DNA of 64,000 nt from the NCBI GenBank assembly GCA_030390025.1, contig CM059432.1:22756001-22820000 (forward strand), given 5' to 3'. Made by a program: the position numbers and the translations under genes. Positions 47,855 through 61,394 of the stretch are shown here, one piece after another (the first letter of the stretch is position 1; each line of letters begins with the position of its first letter). The notes beneath the pieces are model-generated. The model did not search any database. It worked only from the letters and a program-made list of their open reading frames with translations, and had not been told where the DNA came from. This DNA is from Squalus acanthias (Eukaryota).

Positions 47855-48632
47855 CCTTTACCCCTACTCTCTGCTTTCTGTCTTGAAGCCAGTTAGCTAT
47901 CCATTCTGCTACGTGTCCCCTGACTCTGCATTCTCTGACCTTATTCATTAGTTTATTATGTGGTACCTTATCGAAGGCCTTTTGGAAATCTAGATAAATT
48001 ACATCTACTACATTACCCTTGTCATCTCTCTCTGTAACCTGTTCAAAGAATTCAATGAGATTGGCCAAGCAAGACTTTCCCTTTTGAAATCCATGCTGAC
48101 TATTCATTATTATATTTTTGGTTTCTAGATGTTCTTCAATTTCTTTCCTTTAGTAGGGATTCCATTATTTTTCCAATTACCAACGTTAAGCTGACTGGTC
48201 TATAATTCCCTAGATATGTTCTATCTCCTTTCTTAAATATAGATATTATGTTAGCTATCCACCAGTCCACTGGCACTACACCTTTTACTAATGAATTATT
48301 AATTGTGTGTAATAGTGCCTCTGCTATCATACATGGATGTATTCTGTCCGCACCAGGGGTTTTATCCTCTTTGAGTTTGATTAGTTTATTTAATATTTCT
48401 CCTCTTTTTATTTTAAACGTGATTATATCATTTCTAATCTCATCTTCTGATGTCATGTTCACTTGATCTGTTTCCCTGGTAAATACTGAAGCAAAGTAAC
48501 TGTTTAATATATCTGCCATTTCGTTATTGCTGCCTGTGATATTATCCTTTAGTAGCCCTATTCCCATCTCAACTTTCCTTTTTTTATTCATGTGCCTGTA
48601 GAATATGTTACTATTTTGTTTTATGGTCCTTG

Positions 48633-49032
48633 ATTTTTTTTTTGTATATTCATTCATGGGATGTGGGCATCGGTGGCATATCTGACATTTATTGCCCATC
48701 CCTAATTGCCCTTGAGAAGTTGGTGAGCCGCCTTTTTGAACTGCAGAGGGCAGTTAAGAGTCAACCACATTGCTGTGGGTCTGGAGTCACATATAGGCCA
48801 GACTGGGGAAGGACGGCAGATTTCCTTCCCTAAAAGACATTAGTGAACCAGATGGGTTTTTACAACAATCCGGTAGTTTCATGGTCACCATTACTGATAC
48901 TAGTATTTCATTCCAGATTTATTTAATTAATTGAATTAAATTCCCCAGCTGCCTGTGATGGGATTTGAACTCACGTCTCCAGATCACGCCTCTGGATTAC
49001 TAGTCCAGTAACATAATGACTATGCTACCGTA
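48633..49032 (-). mobile_element. tRNA-SINE with LINE-derived tail
   Basis: Reverse complement of 24675-25112. Confidence 0.8.
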
Positions 49033-49469
49033 ATGTTCATAGTTCCTCTTTGACTTCGGAATTGCTTTTTGACTTCTGTCTGAATCTCTTTGTATTGTCC
49101 CTTGTCATGCTCTCCCCTGCTGTCCATGTACTTAGTGAATGCCTCTTTCCTTACCCTCAATTTTTCCCTTATGTCTTTATTTGTCCATAGTGTTCCATTA
49201 GTGTTTAATTTGTTCTTGTTTTTTAGCGGAATATATTTTTCCTGGACTCTGTTGAATACCGTTTTAAATGGTTCACATTGCTGATCTACATCATTGTTTG
49301 ACAATATTGTTGTCCATTTTATTTTCCCGAGTTCTATTCTCAGCCCCTCAAAATTGGCTTTTGTCCAATCTATTACCTTGGTCTTCGACATTCTTATGTC
49401 CTTCTGAATTAGTATCTTAAAGCGTATTATATTATGGTCACTATTGCCTAGATGTTCCCCTAACAATGA

Positions 49470-49715
49470 AATATTTTTGAAGTGTAGTCACTGTTGTAAT
49501 GTAGGAAATGCGGCCGCCAATATGCACACAGCAGGGTCCCATAAACTGAAATGTAATAATGACCAGATAATCTGTTTTCGTGATGTTGGTTGAGGGATAA
49601 ATATTGGCCAGGACACCAGGGAGAACTCACCCGTTCTTCTTCGAAATAGTGCCATGGGACCTTTTATGTCCCCCTGACATGTCAGACGAGGCTTCAGTTT
49701 AACGTCTCATCAGAA
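49470..49715 (-). mobile_element. Deu-SINE fragment
   Basis: CTTCTTCGAAATAGTGCCATGGG...TTTAACGTCTCATC core. Confidence 0.75.
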
Positions 49716-50354
49716 ACATGGGGAGACAGCAGAGCAATGGGATTCGCTTTGGATTCCTGAAAATAAAGACCCAGCAGAGATACAATGGGCCAAATGGCCT
49801 CCTTTTGTAAGGTAAATTTGTATGGCTCAATGCTACTGTCAAAATCAACTAAAATATTCCACTATCTGTGAAGTTGACAAAACATTCCATATGAGCACAG
49901 ATATTTCCTATATCCATCAGTTTTTCTTCTTGGGACATTTTACTACATTAAAGACACTATATAAATACAAGTTGTTGTTGTTGTTGATCTTTCCAACTGA
50001 ATCAATACAAAATCTACATAATTTCACTACCACTATTGGATATAGTAATATTTATTTTAATGAATTGTTATGGTGCATCCATTGTCATTGAGTGAAATAT
50101 TAATGGCTGGTCTAATTAATAAATCATTATTTTCTATTGTAGGATATTCTAGTTGATTATAATCCTGAATTAACATTCTCCTGGTGAAAAATATTTCACT
50201 CACCAAACCCATACCTTCCAGAGAACATGTGCCCAGTTTATTTCCTTCTCTGAGGAAAGATTCTGCAAAGAATCTGTCCACCTCTCTAAACTCTAGAATA
50301 ATCAAAGAAAGCGTTGGAAAAACACATCAGGCCCATAGACATTTGAAAAGAGAA

Positions 50355-51176
50355 AGGTGGCAAATGGTATTCAATCCAGAGAAGTGTGAGGTAATGCATT
50401 TGGGAAGGGCTAACAAGGCAAAGGAATACACAATAAATGGTAGGATACTGAGAAGTGTAGAGGAACAGAGGACTTTGGAGTGCATGTCCACAGATCCCTG
50501 AAGGTAGCAGGACAGGTAGATAAGGTGGTTAAGAAGGCATACGGGATACTTTCCTTTATTAGCCGAGGCATAGAATATAAGAGTAGGAAGGTTATGCTTG
50601 AACTGTATAAAACACTAGTTAGGCCACAGCTAGAGTACTGCATGCAGTTCTGGTCACCACATTACAGGAAAGATGTGATTGCACTAGAGAGGGTACAGAG
50701 GAGATTTACGAGGATGTTGCCAGGACTGGAGAATTTTAGCTATGAGGAAAGGTTGGATAGGCTGGGGTTGTTTTCTTTGGAACAGAGGAGGCTGAGGGGA
50801 GATTTAATTTAGGTGTATAAATTATGAGGGGCCTAGATAGAGTGGATAGGAAGGACCTATTTTCCTTAGCAGAGGGGTCAATAACTAGAGGGCATAGATT
50901 TAAAGTAATTGGTAGAAGGATTATAGGGCAGTTGAGGAGAACTTTTTTCACCCAGAGGGTGGTGGGGTTCAGGAGCTCACTGTCTGAAAGGGTGGTAGAG
51001 GCAGAAACCCTCATTGCATTTAAAAAGTACTTGGATATGCACTTGAAGTAACCTACAAGGCTACGGACCAAGAGATGGAAAGTGGGATTAGGCTGGATAG
51101 CTCTTTTTCGGCTGGCACAAAAATGATTAACTTCCTTCTGTGTCCTAAATTTCGATAATTCTTCTATGATTCTATG
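50355..51176 (+). mobile_element. CR1 3' fragment
   Basis: LVRPQLEYCMQFWSPHY, FFTQRVVG and (TTCTATGA)n tail. Confidence 0.88.
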
Positions 51177-51564
51177 AAACCCTTCATCAGAACTGTAAAG
51201 AGAAGGTAGTCAATCCCTGTACAGCAGCGTGTCACCCCTATAAACTTAGAGCCATTGCAATCCCTGAGGCCTAGCAATCTGGCCCTCAAAGCCCAGGCAT
51301 TTGTGCTTATATTTTTCTCATTGGTTTACTCTGTTTGAATATGTTGGGGCTTGAGCTTTGGAAATGGCCACTTTTGGTGCAGTTGCCTCATTGGTGGATA
51401 AATCCTAAATCAGAACATATGTTAGTATCAGCAACTTAAGATACAACAACTTGCATTTATATTGCACTTTTAACATTGTAAAAAGTCCCAAGGCACTTCA
51501 GTCTCCAGCCATCTAGGCCCTAAACTCAGTAATTCCCTCCTTAAACCTCTATACCTCTCCAAGA

Positions 51565-52660
51565 AATTGGATACGAAATTGGCTAAGTGACAGGAAACAG
51601 GAAGTGGTGAAATGTTGTTTTTCGGATTGGAGGAAGATATACAGTGGTGTTCCCCAGGGGTCGGTACGAGGACCACTGCTTTTCTTGATATATATTATTG
51701 AGTGGGTGTACAGGGCACAATTTCAAAATTTGCAGATGATACAAAACTTGGAAGTATAGTAAACAGTAAGGAGGATAGTGATAGACTTCAAGAGGACATA
51801 GACAGGTTGGTGGAATGGGCGGACCCGTGGCAGATGAAATTTAACGCAGAAAAGTGCGAAGTGATACATTTTGGTAGAAAGAATGAAGAGAGGAAATATA
51901 AACTAAAGCGTACAATTCTAAAGGGGGTGCAGGAACAGAGAGACCTGAGGGTATATGTGCACAAATTGTTGAAGGTGGCAAGGCAGGTTGAGATAGCAGT
52001 TAAAAAAGCTTATGGGATCCTGGGCTTCGTGAATAGAGGTATAAAGTAAAAAAGCGTGGAAATTATGATGAACCTGTATAAAACACTGGTTTGGCCTCAA
52101 CTGGAGTATTGTGTCCAAACCTGTGCACCGCACTTTAGGAAGGATGTGAAGGCCTTAGAGAAGGTGCAGAATTTTTTTTTACGAGAATGATTCCAGGGAT
52201 GAGGGACTTCAGTTACATGGATAGACTGGAGAAGCTGGGGTTGTTCTCCTTGGAGCAGAGAAGATTGAGAGGAGATTTGATAGAGGTGTTCAAAATCATG
52301 AGTGGTCTGGACAGAGAAGATAGAGAGAAACTGTTCACATTGGCAGAAGGGTTGAGAAACAGAGGACACAGATTTAAGGTGATTGGCAGAAGAACCAAAG
52401 GTGACATGAGGAAAGACTTGTTTACTCAGCGAGTGGTTAGGATCTGGAATGCACTGCCTGAAAGGGTGGTGGAGGCAGACTCAATCAAGGCTTTCAAAAG
52501 AGGAATTGGATAAGTACCTGAAGGAAAAAAAATTGCAAGGCTACGGGGAAAGGGCGGGGGAGTGGGACTAGCTGAAGTGCTCTTGCAGAGAGTCGGCATG
52601 GGCTCGATGAGCCGAATGGCCTTCTTCCTTGCTGTAACCATTCTATGATTCTATGATTCT
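51565..52660 (+). mobile_element. CR1 (HER1-like) 3' fragment
   Basis: ISKFADDTKL and (ATTCTATG)n tail. Same family as 34170-35115. Confidence 0.88.
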
Positions 52661-53632
52661 ACCTCTCCTCCTTTAAGACACTCCTTAAAACCTACCTCTT
52701 TGATATCTCCTTCTTTAGGTCGGTGTCAATTTTTGTCTGATAACACTCCTGTGAAGTGCCTTGGAATGTTAAACGTGGCTTAGTTGCTGTTGTTGTTGAC
52801 TTTGAGTCGTAGTGTTAAATTCAAAACTGCTTTGATCAGAAGTAGGTCTGCAATATAAAATGGATTTAAGATTAGAGCAACTGGCTGTGTTACAGGATGA
52901 ACAAAGCAAACTCTGTCTCTGTGGAAATTCTCTGTCCATGCTTCCTCTTCTTGCAGAAAAATCTCCTAATTGCCACTATCAAAGTAGATTCATTCTTCAG
53001 TATTTCTTCTTTTAACTCCAGCCATGTTAATGAGTACAATGCTGCTCTCCAAAGACAATTAATCTGCAGGAGCATGTGGGTTTGGCTGCGGGTGGAGGGT
53101 TCAAATTGGCAAAATTGACAGCGCGTCAGGAAGCCGGCTCCAACCCGCCGACCTCCGCATTTCACTCGAGTGGGTTAGGCTCCGTGCCCACAACCCCTTC
53201 GGGACAGGCGGGTTGTCAATTACCATAGAACCATAGAATAGAACCATAGTACAGCCCAGAAGCATGCCATTCGGTCCATCGAGTCTGTGCCGGCTCTTTC
53301 GAAGAGCAATCCACTTAGTCTCACTCCCTCGCTCTTTCCCCATATTCCTGTAATTTTTTCTCCTTCAAGTATTATCCAATTCCCTATCGAAGGCTACTAT
53401 TGAGTCTGTATCCACCACCCTATCAGGCAGTGCATTCCAAATCCTAACCACTCGTTGTGTAAGAAAGATTTTCCTCATGCCGCCTCTAGTTCTTTTGCCA
53501 ATCACCATAATTCCGTGCCCTCTGGTTATTGACCCTCAGCCATTGGAAACAGCTTCTCTTTATTTACTCTATCTAAATCCTTCATGATTTTAAACACCTC
53601 TATCAAATTACCTCTTAGACTTCTCTGCTCTA

Positions 53633-54101
53633 AAGAAAGACTTACATTTATATAACGCTTTTCATGACCACCGGACGTCTCAAAGTGCTTTACAGCCAAT
53701 TAAGTGCTTTTTTGAAGTGCAGTCACTGTTGTAATGTGGGAAACGAGGCAGCCAATTTGCGCACAGCAAGCTCCCACAAACAGCAATGTGATAATGACCA
53801 GATAACCTGTTTTTGTTATGTTGATTGAGGGATAACTATTGGCCAGGATACCGGGGATAACTCCCCTGCTCTTCTTCAAAATAGTGCCGTGGAATCTTTT
53901 ACGTCCACCTGAGAGAGCAGACGGGGCCTCGGTTTAACGTCTCATCCGAAAGACGCCACCTCCGACAGTGCAGCTTTCCCTCAGCACTGCACTGGGAGTG
54001 TCAGCCTAGCTTTATATGCTCAAGTCCCTGGAGTGGGACTTGAACCCACAACCTTCTGACTCAGAGGTAAGTGTGCTACCCACTGAGCCACAGCTGACAC
54101 T
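53633..54101 (-). mobile_element. Full-length Deu-domain SINE
   Basis: Minus-strand head GTGTCAGCTGTGGCTCAGTGGGTAGC...GGTTCAAGTCCC, Deu core and TCTTTCTTT tail. Confidence 0.88.
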
Positions 54102-54144
54102 AAAGCAAACAACCCTAGGTTCTCCAGTCTATCCACGTAACTGT

Positions 54145-54578
54145 AGCGCCCCGGACCCGAAATTGACTTCTGCCCCCTGCAGGACCTTTCTTGTTCCAGT
54201 TTTTTTCGTGGGTTCTTGCCCGCGATCGATCAGCCCGGCACTCTGCTTGAGTGCCAGGCTGATCGCACGGGATCGCGGCTGCCTTGGTGGTCCAGGTAGG
54301 TACTTTTTAAATTGCAGAGCCTGCAGTGATGGCCCTTCCTTTTAAGGGAGGGAAGGAGCCTTTGAACGCGGCAGTGCTGCACGGCTCAGTGTGCAGCACT
54401 GCTGAAGTCTCCGCCCCGACTGCTGCGGATTACTCTCCAAGAAGGAAGTGGAGCGCTTGATTTAGCGCACCACTTCCTTCTTGGCGTGCAAACGGCAAAT
54501 TTTTCAAAAGTTTGAAATCGCTAACTTTTCAAACTTTTAAAAGTTAGCCCAAATGGGGCGATAGTGAATTTCTCCCCC
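54145..54578. mobile_element. Harbinger MITE fragment (one terminus)
   Basis: Ends CCCAAATGGGGCGATAGTGAATTTCTCCCCC, matching 39006-39036. Confidence 0.65.
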
Positions 54579-55096
54579 ATACCTCTATTTATAAAGCCCA
54601 GGATCTCATAGGCTTTATTAACTGCTTTGTTAGCCTATCCTGCCACCTTCAAAGGCTTGTTCACAAGCAGCCCCAGGCTCTCTCTCTTTCTGCAACCCCT
54701 TTAAAGTTGTACCATTTAGTATGTATTGTCTCTCCTCATTCTTCCTATGAAAATATATCACCAACACTTTTCTGCGTTGAATTTCATCTGCAATGTGTCC
54801 GCTCATTCCACCAGCCTGCCTATATCCTCTTGAAGTCTATTACTATCTTCCTCAGTGTTTACTACACTTTCAAGTTTTGTGTCATCTGCAAGTTTCAAAA
54901 TTGTGCCCTGTACCCCCAAGTCCAAGTCATTAACGTATATCAGAAACAGCAGTGGCCCTAGTACTGAACCAATGGAGAACTCCATTGTATGCCTTCCTCC
55001 AGTCCAACCAAGAGCCATTCACTACAACTCTCTGTTATCTATCCCTGAACCAATTTTGTATCTATGCTGCTTACTGCCTCTTTTATCCCATGGGCT

Positions 55097-56200
55097 TCAT
55101 TTTTTTTTTTTTTGTTCATAGGATGTGGGTGTTGCTGGCAAGACCAGCATTTATTGCCCATCCCTAAATGCTCTTGAGAAGGTGGTGGTGAGTCACCATT
55201 TCAGAAGGCAATTAAGAGTTATCCACATTGCTGTGGGTCTGGAGTTACATATAGGCCAGACCTGGTAAGGATGGCAGATTTCCTTCCCCAAAGGACATTA
55301 GTGAAGCAGATAGGTTTTTATGACAATCTGGTAGTTTCATGGTCACCAGTACTGATACCAGCATTTTTTTTAAATTCAAGATTTATTTAATTAACTGATT
55401 TTAAATTCCCCAGCTGGCATGGTGGGATTTAAAATCATGTCTCCGGATCATTAGACCAGGCCTCTGGATTACTAATGCAAAAGCAAAATACTGCAGATGC
55501 TGGAAATCTGAAATAAAAACAGAAAATACTGGAAATACTCAGCAGGTCAGGCAGCATCTTTGGAGAGAGAAACAGAGTTAACCTTTCTGATTGATGACCT
55601 TTCATCAGAACTGGAAAAAGTTAGAATTGTAACAGATTTTAAGCAAGTGCAGGGGCAGGGAAAGGGGGAGTGGAGGAAAGAACAAAAGGGAAGATCTGTG
55701 ATAGAGTGGCAGGCAGGAGGGATTAACTGACAAAAAGTATGATAGTACAAAGCAAAAGGAGATGGTAATGGGACAAGTAAAGAATCAAAAGATGAGTCTA
55801 AAAGAATTGTAAATGGGAATGGCAGAATCATCAACAGCTGCCATGTGAAAAAATAGGGGCAGAGGTTCTGGTCTGAAATTGTTGAACTTGATGTTGAGTC
55901 CAGAAGGTTGTAAAGTGCCTAATCGAAAGATGAGATGCTGTTCCTCGAGCTTACCTTGAGCTTCATTGGAACAGTGTAAGAGGCCAAGGACAGAAGGTCA
56001 GAGTAGGAGTGGAGCGGAGACTTAAAATAACAGGTGACCGGAAGCTCGGGGTCACGCTTACGGACTGAACGGAGGTGTTCCGCAAAGCGGTCACCCAATC
56101 TGGATTTGGTCTCCCCAAAGTAGAGGAGACCGCATCGTGAGCAGCGAATCTTCTGGATTACTACTCCAGTAACATAACCACTATGCTACCGTACCCCGTA
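55097..56200 (-). mobile_element. tRNA-SINE with LINE-derived tail, split by Penelope
   Basis: 55097-55474 plus 56152-56200 match 48633-49032. Confidence 0.8.
55475..56151 (-). mobile_element. Penelope-like element 3' fragment (GIY-YIG endonuclease end plus pLTR), 12-bp TSD
   Basis: Minus strand IRCSRCGLLYFGETKSRLGDRFAEHLRSV. TCTGGATTACTA at 55463-55474 and 56152-56163. Confidence 0.88.
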
Positions 56201-56274
56201 TAAGCCTAATATGTGGTACTTTATCAAATGCCTTTTGAAAGTCTATATACACAACATAATGTTAATCGCTCAAT

Positions 56275-59200
56275 TAGAGCGATATTTCAACACACTTTTG
56301 ACTTTAACGTCGGGTTTACAGGTTTCCCGCGCTTCCTGAAACTCGCAGAGTGAAAGCAAGATGAGTACACAGTGGCAATTGAGGGGCCTGAATCAGTCTG
56401 CCTTAGATTGGACCTCAGATGAGGACCAAGGTGACCAGCAACAGCACCTGCAGCTTGCTGGACACAGACACCAGAAAGGGAAGCAGTAGAGAGGTGACCA
56501 GCAGACAGGTGCAGCTCACAGGAGGCACTACCCACGAAGCAGGGTCTATAGGCCGAAGCTCAGTTTCCTTGACATGTCTGAACACCAGTCTGTCAGGAGG
56601 CTAAGCATGTCATGTCAGGTGGTGGCAGACATCTGCAGAAGAAGACCTGCTGCCTGCTGGAGCTTGTGGCCATGCATTACCAGTGGCTGTCAAAGTCACC
56701 ACCGCCCTCAAATTTTATTCAGGATCTCCCAGTCGGCCGCCCACAAATGCATAAGACAGGTGATTGATGGGTTGTTTGCCAGGGCTGGCAATTATGTCAA
56801 CTTTGTCTGTGATGATGCCAGTCAGAATAAGTGGGCGCTCGGGTTTGATGCTCTGGCTGGCTTCCCACAGGTGCAAGGTGCCATCGACTGCACACAAGTG
56901 GCAATCCGCACACCTCCAGAACAACCAGGAGTATTCGTCAACCGCAAGGGCTTCCACTCCATCAATGTGCAGCTGATGTGCAACCACAACAAGGTGTTTA
57001 TGCAAGTGTGTGCAAGATTCCCGGGCAGCTTCCATGATGCTTTTGTCCAGTGACAGTCCAAGCTCCCAGATCTCCTCGGACCTGGAAGCAGGCTTAAGGG
57101 ATGGCTGCTGGGCAACAAGGGATAGCCACTGCAAACTTGACTCATAACACTAGTCAGAAACCGGCCAGAAGTGTGATTGAACAGGCCATCAGCATGTTAA
57201 AGATGCGCTTCAGGTACCTTGACTGAAGGTGCCCTTCAGTACGCACCAGCCAGGGATTCCAGTATGGTTGCTCTGCACAACATTGCACAACAGTGAGGCA
57301 TCGACCGGCAGGAAGAACCAGGCGAAGAGCTCAGATCCCCTCGGACAATTCGGAGGGGGAGGAGGAAGAAGTGGAGGAGGAGGAGGATGACGAGGGAGAT
57401 TCACCCCCAGCTGCTCACATTGCTGTCCAGGATGCAAGTGGTGCCCTTATTAATGCACGGTTCACTTAGGTTGTAGCAATGGCCACTCTTCCCCCACCCC
57501 CCAACAATGCCACTGACACAAAGCAGTCCTGCAATCAATCAACCACTCCTTGAACATCCCGATTGGTCCCCATCAATTCATGTCTTCACATTCATCATTA
57601 AACATGTTAGAAGGCCACTTACCACCCAACACCCATGACGGGAAAGTGGTGAAAAAGATTAACATTTATGTGAGCTAAATAAAGAACAAAAACTTATCAA
57701 AACAACATTTTCTCCAACACCCATGTGCATACCCTTGTGCAACTACAAAGCCTTACTCTTCCTTTTTCTGCTACTCCGACATGGTGCAACCTGTGTGGCT
57801 TCAGCAGAGGTAGAGGCAGGCTGATCACACCCCTGCTCTGACTGCTGAAATACTCTTGGCCGATGTCCTCTGGGTCTTGGAGCCCGTGAGGGCCCCACCA
57901 AAGGCTGCTCCGCCTACACCTGTGCAGGTGCAGACTCAGCCATCGGGAGATGAGGCAGCATGTGGGCAACTGATAGAGAGGTGGGCTGTGGGTGAGAAGT
58001 GGAAGCACTTTGAGTGGAGTCCCCACTTCCATGACCCCTTTCGGCATCATCCCTCTCATGGCCCAGCCGCACTTCACTGTTACCACTGTGCTGGAGAACA
58101 TGTTGGTGCAGATTAGTGCAGCCTTGTAAGGCCAAGGCTAAGGTATCTGTCAATCTATTTAAGGTGGCAGACATGTTGCCATCCAGAGTCCGCACGGTGG
58201 TGTTCAAGGCATGCATGGACTCATTTGATTGAAGCGTTTGACGGTCCATGGTGCTGGCCACGCAATCCATGGAAGAAGACATCATCTCAGTGGCCTGTGA
58301 CATCACCCCCCTCATGCTTGAGCTGGACTCCTCCAATCTCTCTGCAATCATAGTGAGTCTACTGCTGCTCAATGGTTCTTCTCTTCATTGATGGCTCCCA
58401 GGGTACAGCATCTGTGTCCAGCTGAGCAGAGCTTGGAAAGGGCTGCTCCCTCCAATGCGGACTCTCCATGGCTGTCCCTGTCACCACCATCTGCTGTTGC
58501 TCACTTGTGAAGTGTGAGTCACCAGGTGAAAACCCAACTATCTGTCTAACTGGTCCCACCAAAAATGTGAGTATCTGAGCTGGTACATGGTCTGAATGAA
58601 TCCTGTGACTGTGCACCCTCAGAAGGACTCTGAGGACTCGTCGCCCACCATGTCGACCAACTCCTGTTGCACGCATGAAGACCCTGTGGGAGATAAAAGA
58701 CATGAATTAGTCCTGGCAAGGTAAGAATGTTGCAAGTTACCATTATGAAGATGATCATATTTCACTCGCTGTTGAAACCAAGTCAACATGACTGAGTGCC
58801 ATATGACATGTGAGTGGCTTTTATTTAATTGTGTCACCAGGTAGCTGGGAGCACCCCATCTCCCCATCTCCAACAGCCAGGGATGCCGAAACTCCACTGA
58901 TTTCCAGTACCTCCTCCTCTGCATTTGTGAGCTGCGTGATCTGCAGAGGGCCCCTTCCGATTCTCTCACTCTCCCTGGTGTTCTGTGCTGTCTTCTCCTA
59001 CAAGGAGGGATGGAAAAGACCTATGAGAGAATGTAATGGTATGTGTTCATCCAATGGATGGAGTGCATTTGACGAAGGTCACTATGAGGGAGAGCCATGA
59101 CATTGCATAAGGATGAGGGTGAGTGGGAGTGGTGGATGGATAGATGGAGATGTGAGGAAGTGCATAGAAAGAGAAGGATGGGTGCACCTGCAAGGTAACG
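56275..59200. mobile_element. Degenerate Harbinger: transposase (+, ~56400-57470) converging on a spliced partner gene (-, ~59000-57750)
   Basis: GFPQVQGAIDCTQVAI...NRKGFHSINVQL..ARFPGSFHDAFV. Coiled-coil ORF 57914-58372. GT-AG intron 58837-58684 on the minus strand. Confidence 0.85.
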
Positions 59201-59729
59201 TTGTAAAGGAATGAACCAAACCTATTCAGAAAAATACACCATCCTATGAACAGAATTCAGACTTTATTAAAACATGACAAACTGGGGTTAAAAATCTAAA
59301 AGCCTTAATGACATAAGCCGTAAACAGAAATATAGGCTTCTGAGATAAGATCAGTTGTTAACAAAAGTTGTAAACACCATACAGGCTTTTGAAATGGGAA
59401 ATGGTTATTGACACTGACACAATGGCCTCTTATAGAAGCAAAGAGTTGGTTCCAAGGAGTCTGTAGTTTGGAACCAAAACAATAGCAATGTCCAAGTAAA
59501 GTGTTAAAAACTAACACGTCGAACAAGAAAAGCAGAACATTAAAAAACCATGTGCCTTTGTAAAAGTAACATCAAATGAAACAGGAAACATGATTATATA
59601 TATAACCAACTAAGATGGCTAGGAAAACAAACACCCTGGTTGAAGTGGTTTTGATTTACATTTTGTAAAAGATACCTACAGAAGACTTTGAAAATATAAT
59701 ATCAATAGATGACACCTAGCAATCACATT

Positions 59730-60466
59730 GGGCCAAAGATTCGGCCCTTGCCAGTTGAGTACGCATTGTGTACTCACCCGCAAGGCGCCCTGAAGTGCCG
59801 GTTTCCTGCATGCACTGCGCATGTGCGGGAAACCGGAACTTCCGGTCTGGTGAAGGGAGCGGTTCATAGGTGAACCGCGTGCGCAGTAGAGGCTGCGCGA
59901 ACGCAGAAAACTTAGGGTTTTTTTCAGGTTTCTATGGGAGGGTAAATATTGAAGAACCTGCGCTTTTAAAAAGGAGGCGCAGGACCCGTTTTCAACAAGG
60001 TAAGTGGTTAATTAATTATAATTTTTTAAAAATTTCAACAGGTTTATCTTTTTTAGATACTTTAAAGAAAGGTAAGTTTATTTTTAGCACTGTTAAAAAG
60101 TATTTTAATTTTTTCAAAAATTTAAATTTTTGTTTAAAGTAGTTAATTTATTTAACTTATAGTTATTTTATAAATGTGATGGTTTTTTAAAAATTTATTT
60201 TAAGTTTAGCTGTTCTTTGGGGGCCGATTTCAATTCACAGATTTGAAAGATGGTCTGCTGCCATTGGCTCTCCATGGCCCACGTGATCCCAGGGGACGCT
60301 TCGCACTAACTACGCCCCTGGGACACGCAAGCACTGTGCGCCGGCACTTGGAGCAGGCCCAGGAGCTGAAGTTCCCGTGGGCCCAGAGGTCAACAGCAGG
60401 CGCGGTAGGTAAGTGCGCACGCGATCCTTACCCCCGCGGCAAGCCGGAGAGGCGAATTTCAGGGCC
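59730..60466. mobile_element. Non-autonomous Harbinger-type element
   Basis: Imperfect TIR GGGCCAAAGATTCGGC / GGCGAATTTCAGGGCC, ATT on both flanks, GC-rich arms around an AT-rich centre. Confidence 0.7.
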
Positions 60467-61394
60467 ATTGTGTTTGTATTGAAAATGGAATAGTTATGAG
60501 ACACGATGTCTGCTAATAAGCAGTTAAGCCAATATTAAGAATTGAATGGGTGACCTTCGAAAGAATGGCATCAAATAGATAAATCTGTTATACCATATTT
60601 TATGATAAGTTTTTGAAACACCTATACAGCAGACAGGATTCTAAAAGTTGGCAGCTGAATGACAGTAAGAATAGAAGAGAATTCAATATAGAATGACTGG
60701 AGATAATTAGCTGACATCAACAGAAAACTTCAAAGAATATACCACGAAAAAAAGTATAAAAATAGAGCTTTTCAGATAGAAAGTCAAAAGTCGCTGGGAA
60801 GGGGCAGAGCGATTCTCGCCTTCAGAACCACTCTGTAGGCCTACAACTCTTTGAGTCTCGGGTAATCAAGGTATTTGATTTTGGTGGATATTCTGGATTA
60901 AGAAATAAGTAGAAGTGTGGAAATGTAACGAAGTTAAGATTTGAGAATAAGGATCTCTGATAAGAAATGTAAGATATTTGTATTTGAACTGTTAAAGTTG
61001 CGATGAAATCAACAGCTATTAACTAAATGTCGGTTCTTTAATAAATCTATATATTTTTAAAATTATCTCACAGAGTATTTTTGTATCAATCTCGCAAACT
61101 CAATTTCTGTACACTCTTCAGTGAGGAGTTGCAGAATTCTGGGGGGTTTTCCGGATCCTCATAATGTCCGGAACATTACAGTCCAGTTAAACTTGTTAAA
61201 AGTGCTATCCGGAGGACGGTAACATCTTCAGGTCATTTATTTCCTTTAGGGAGAGATAGTCTGACCTTTAAACCCAATTAAGCATCTTATAGGACTCGGC
61301 TATCTCTAACTTTAGTTGAAGGGGAACGTCTGGGGAAAATGCCTGATCTGGGGTAGCCCGAGAAGGGCTAGGACTTGTAATTATCCCTTCAACG

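Larger units (their letters stand above)
45270..49465 (-). mobile_element. Old CR1 LINE (endonuclease end to tail) carrying three younger insertions
   Basis: [30 protein letters not shown] and FFTQRVVRMWN pieces in order, interrupted by Harbinger, Penelope and SINE insertions. Confidence 0.88.
53224..56255 (-). mobile_element. CR1 fragment split by a Deu-SINE, a Harbinger piece and a SINE/Penelope nest
   Basis: Tail at 53224, with RT pieces at ~54580-55095 and ~56200-56255. Confidence 0.75.

Noticed and set aside
60480..61390. Possible ancient L1-like remnant
   Set aside because: No motif could be read with confidence.
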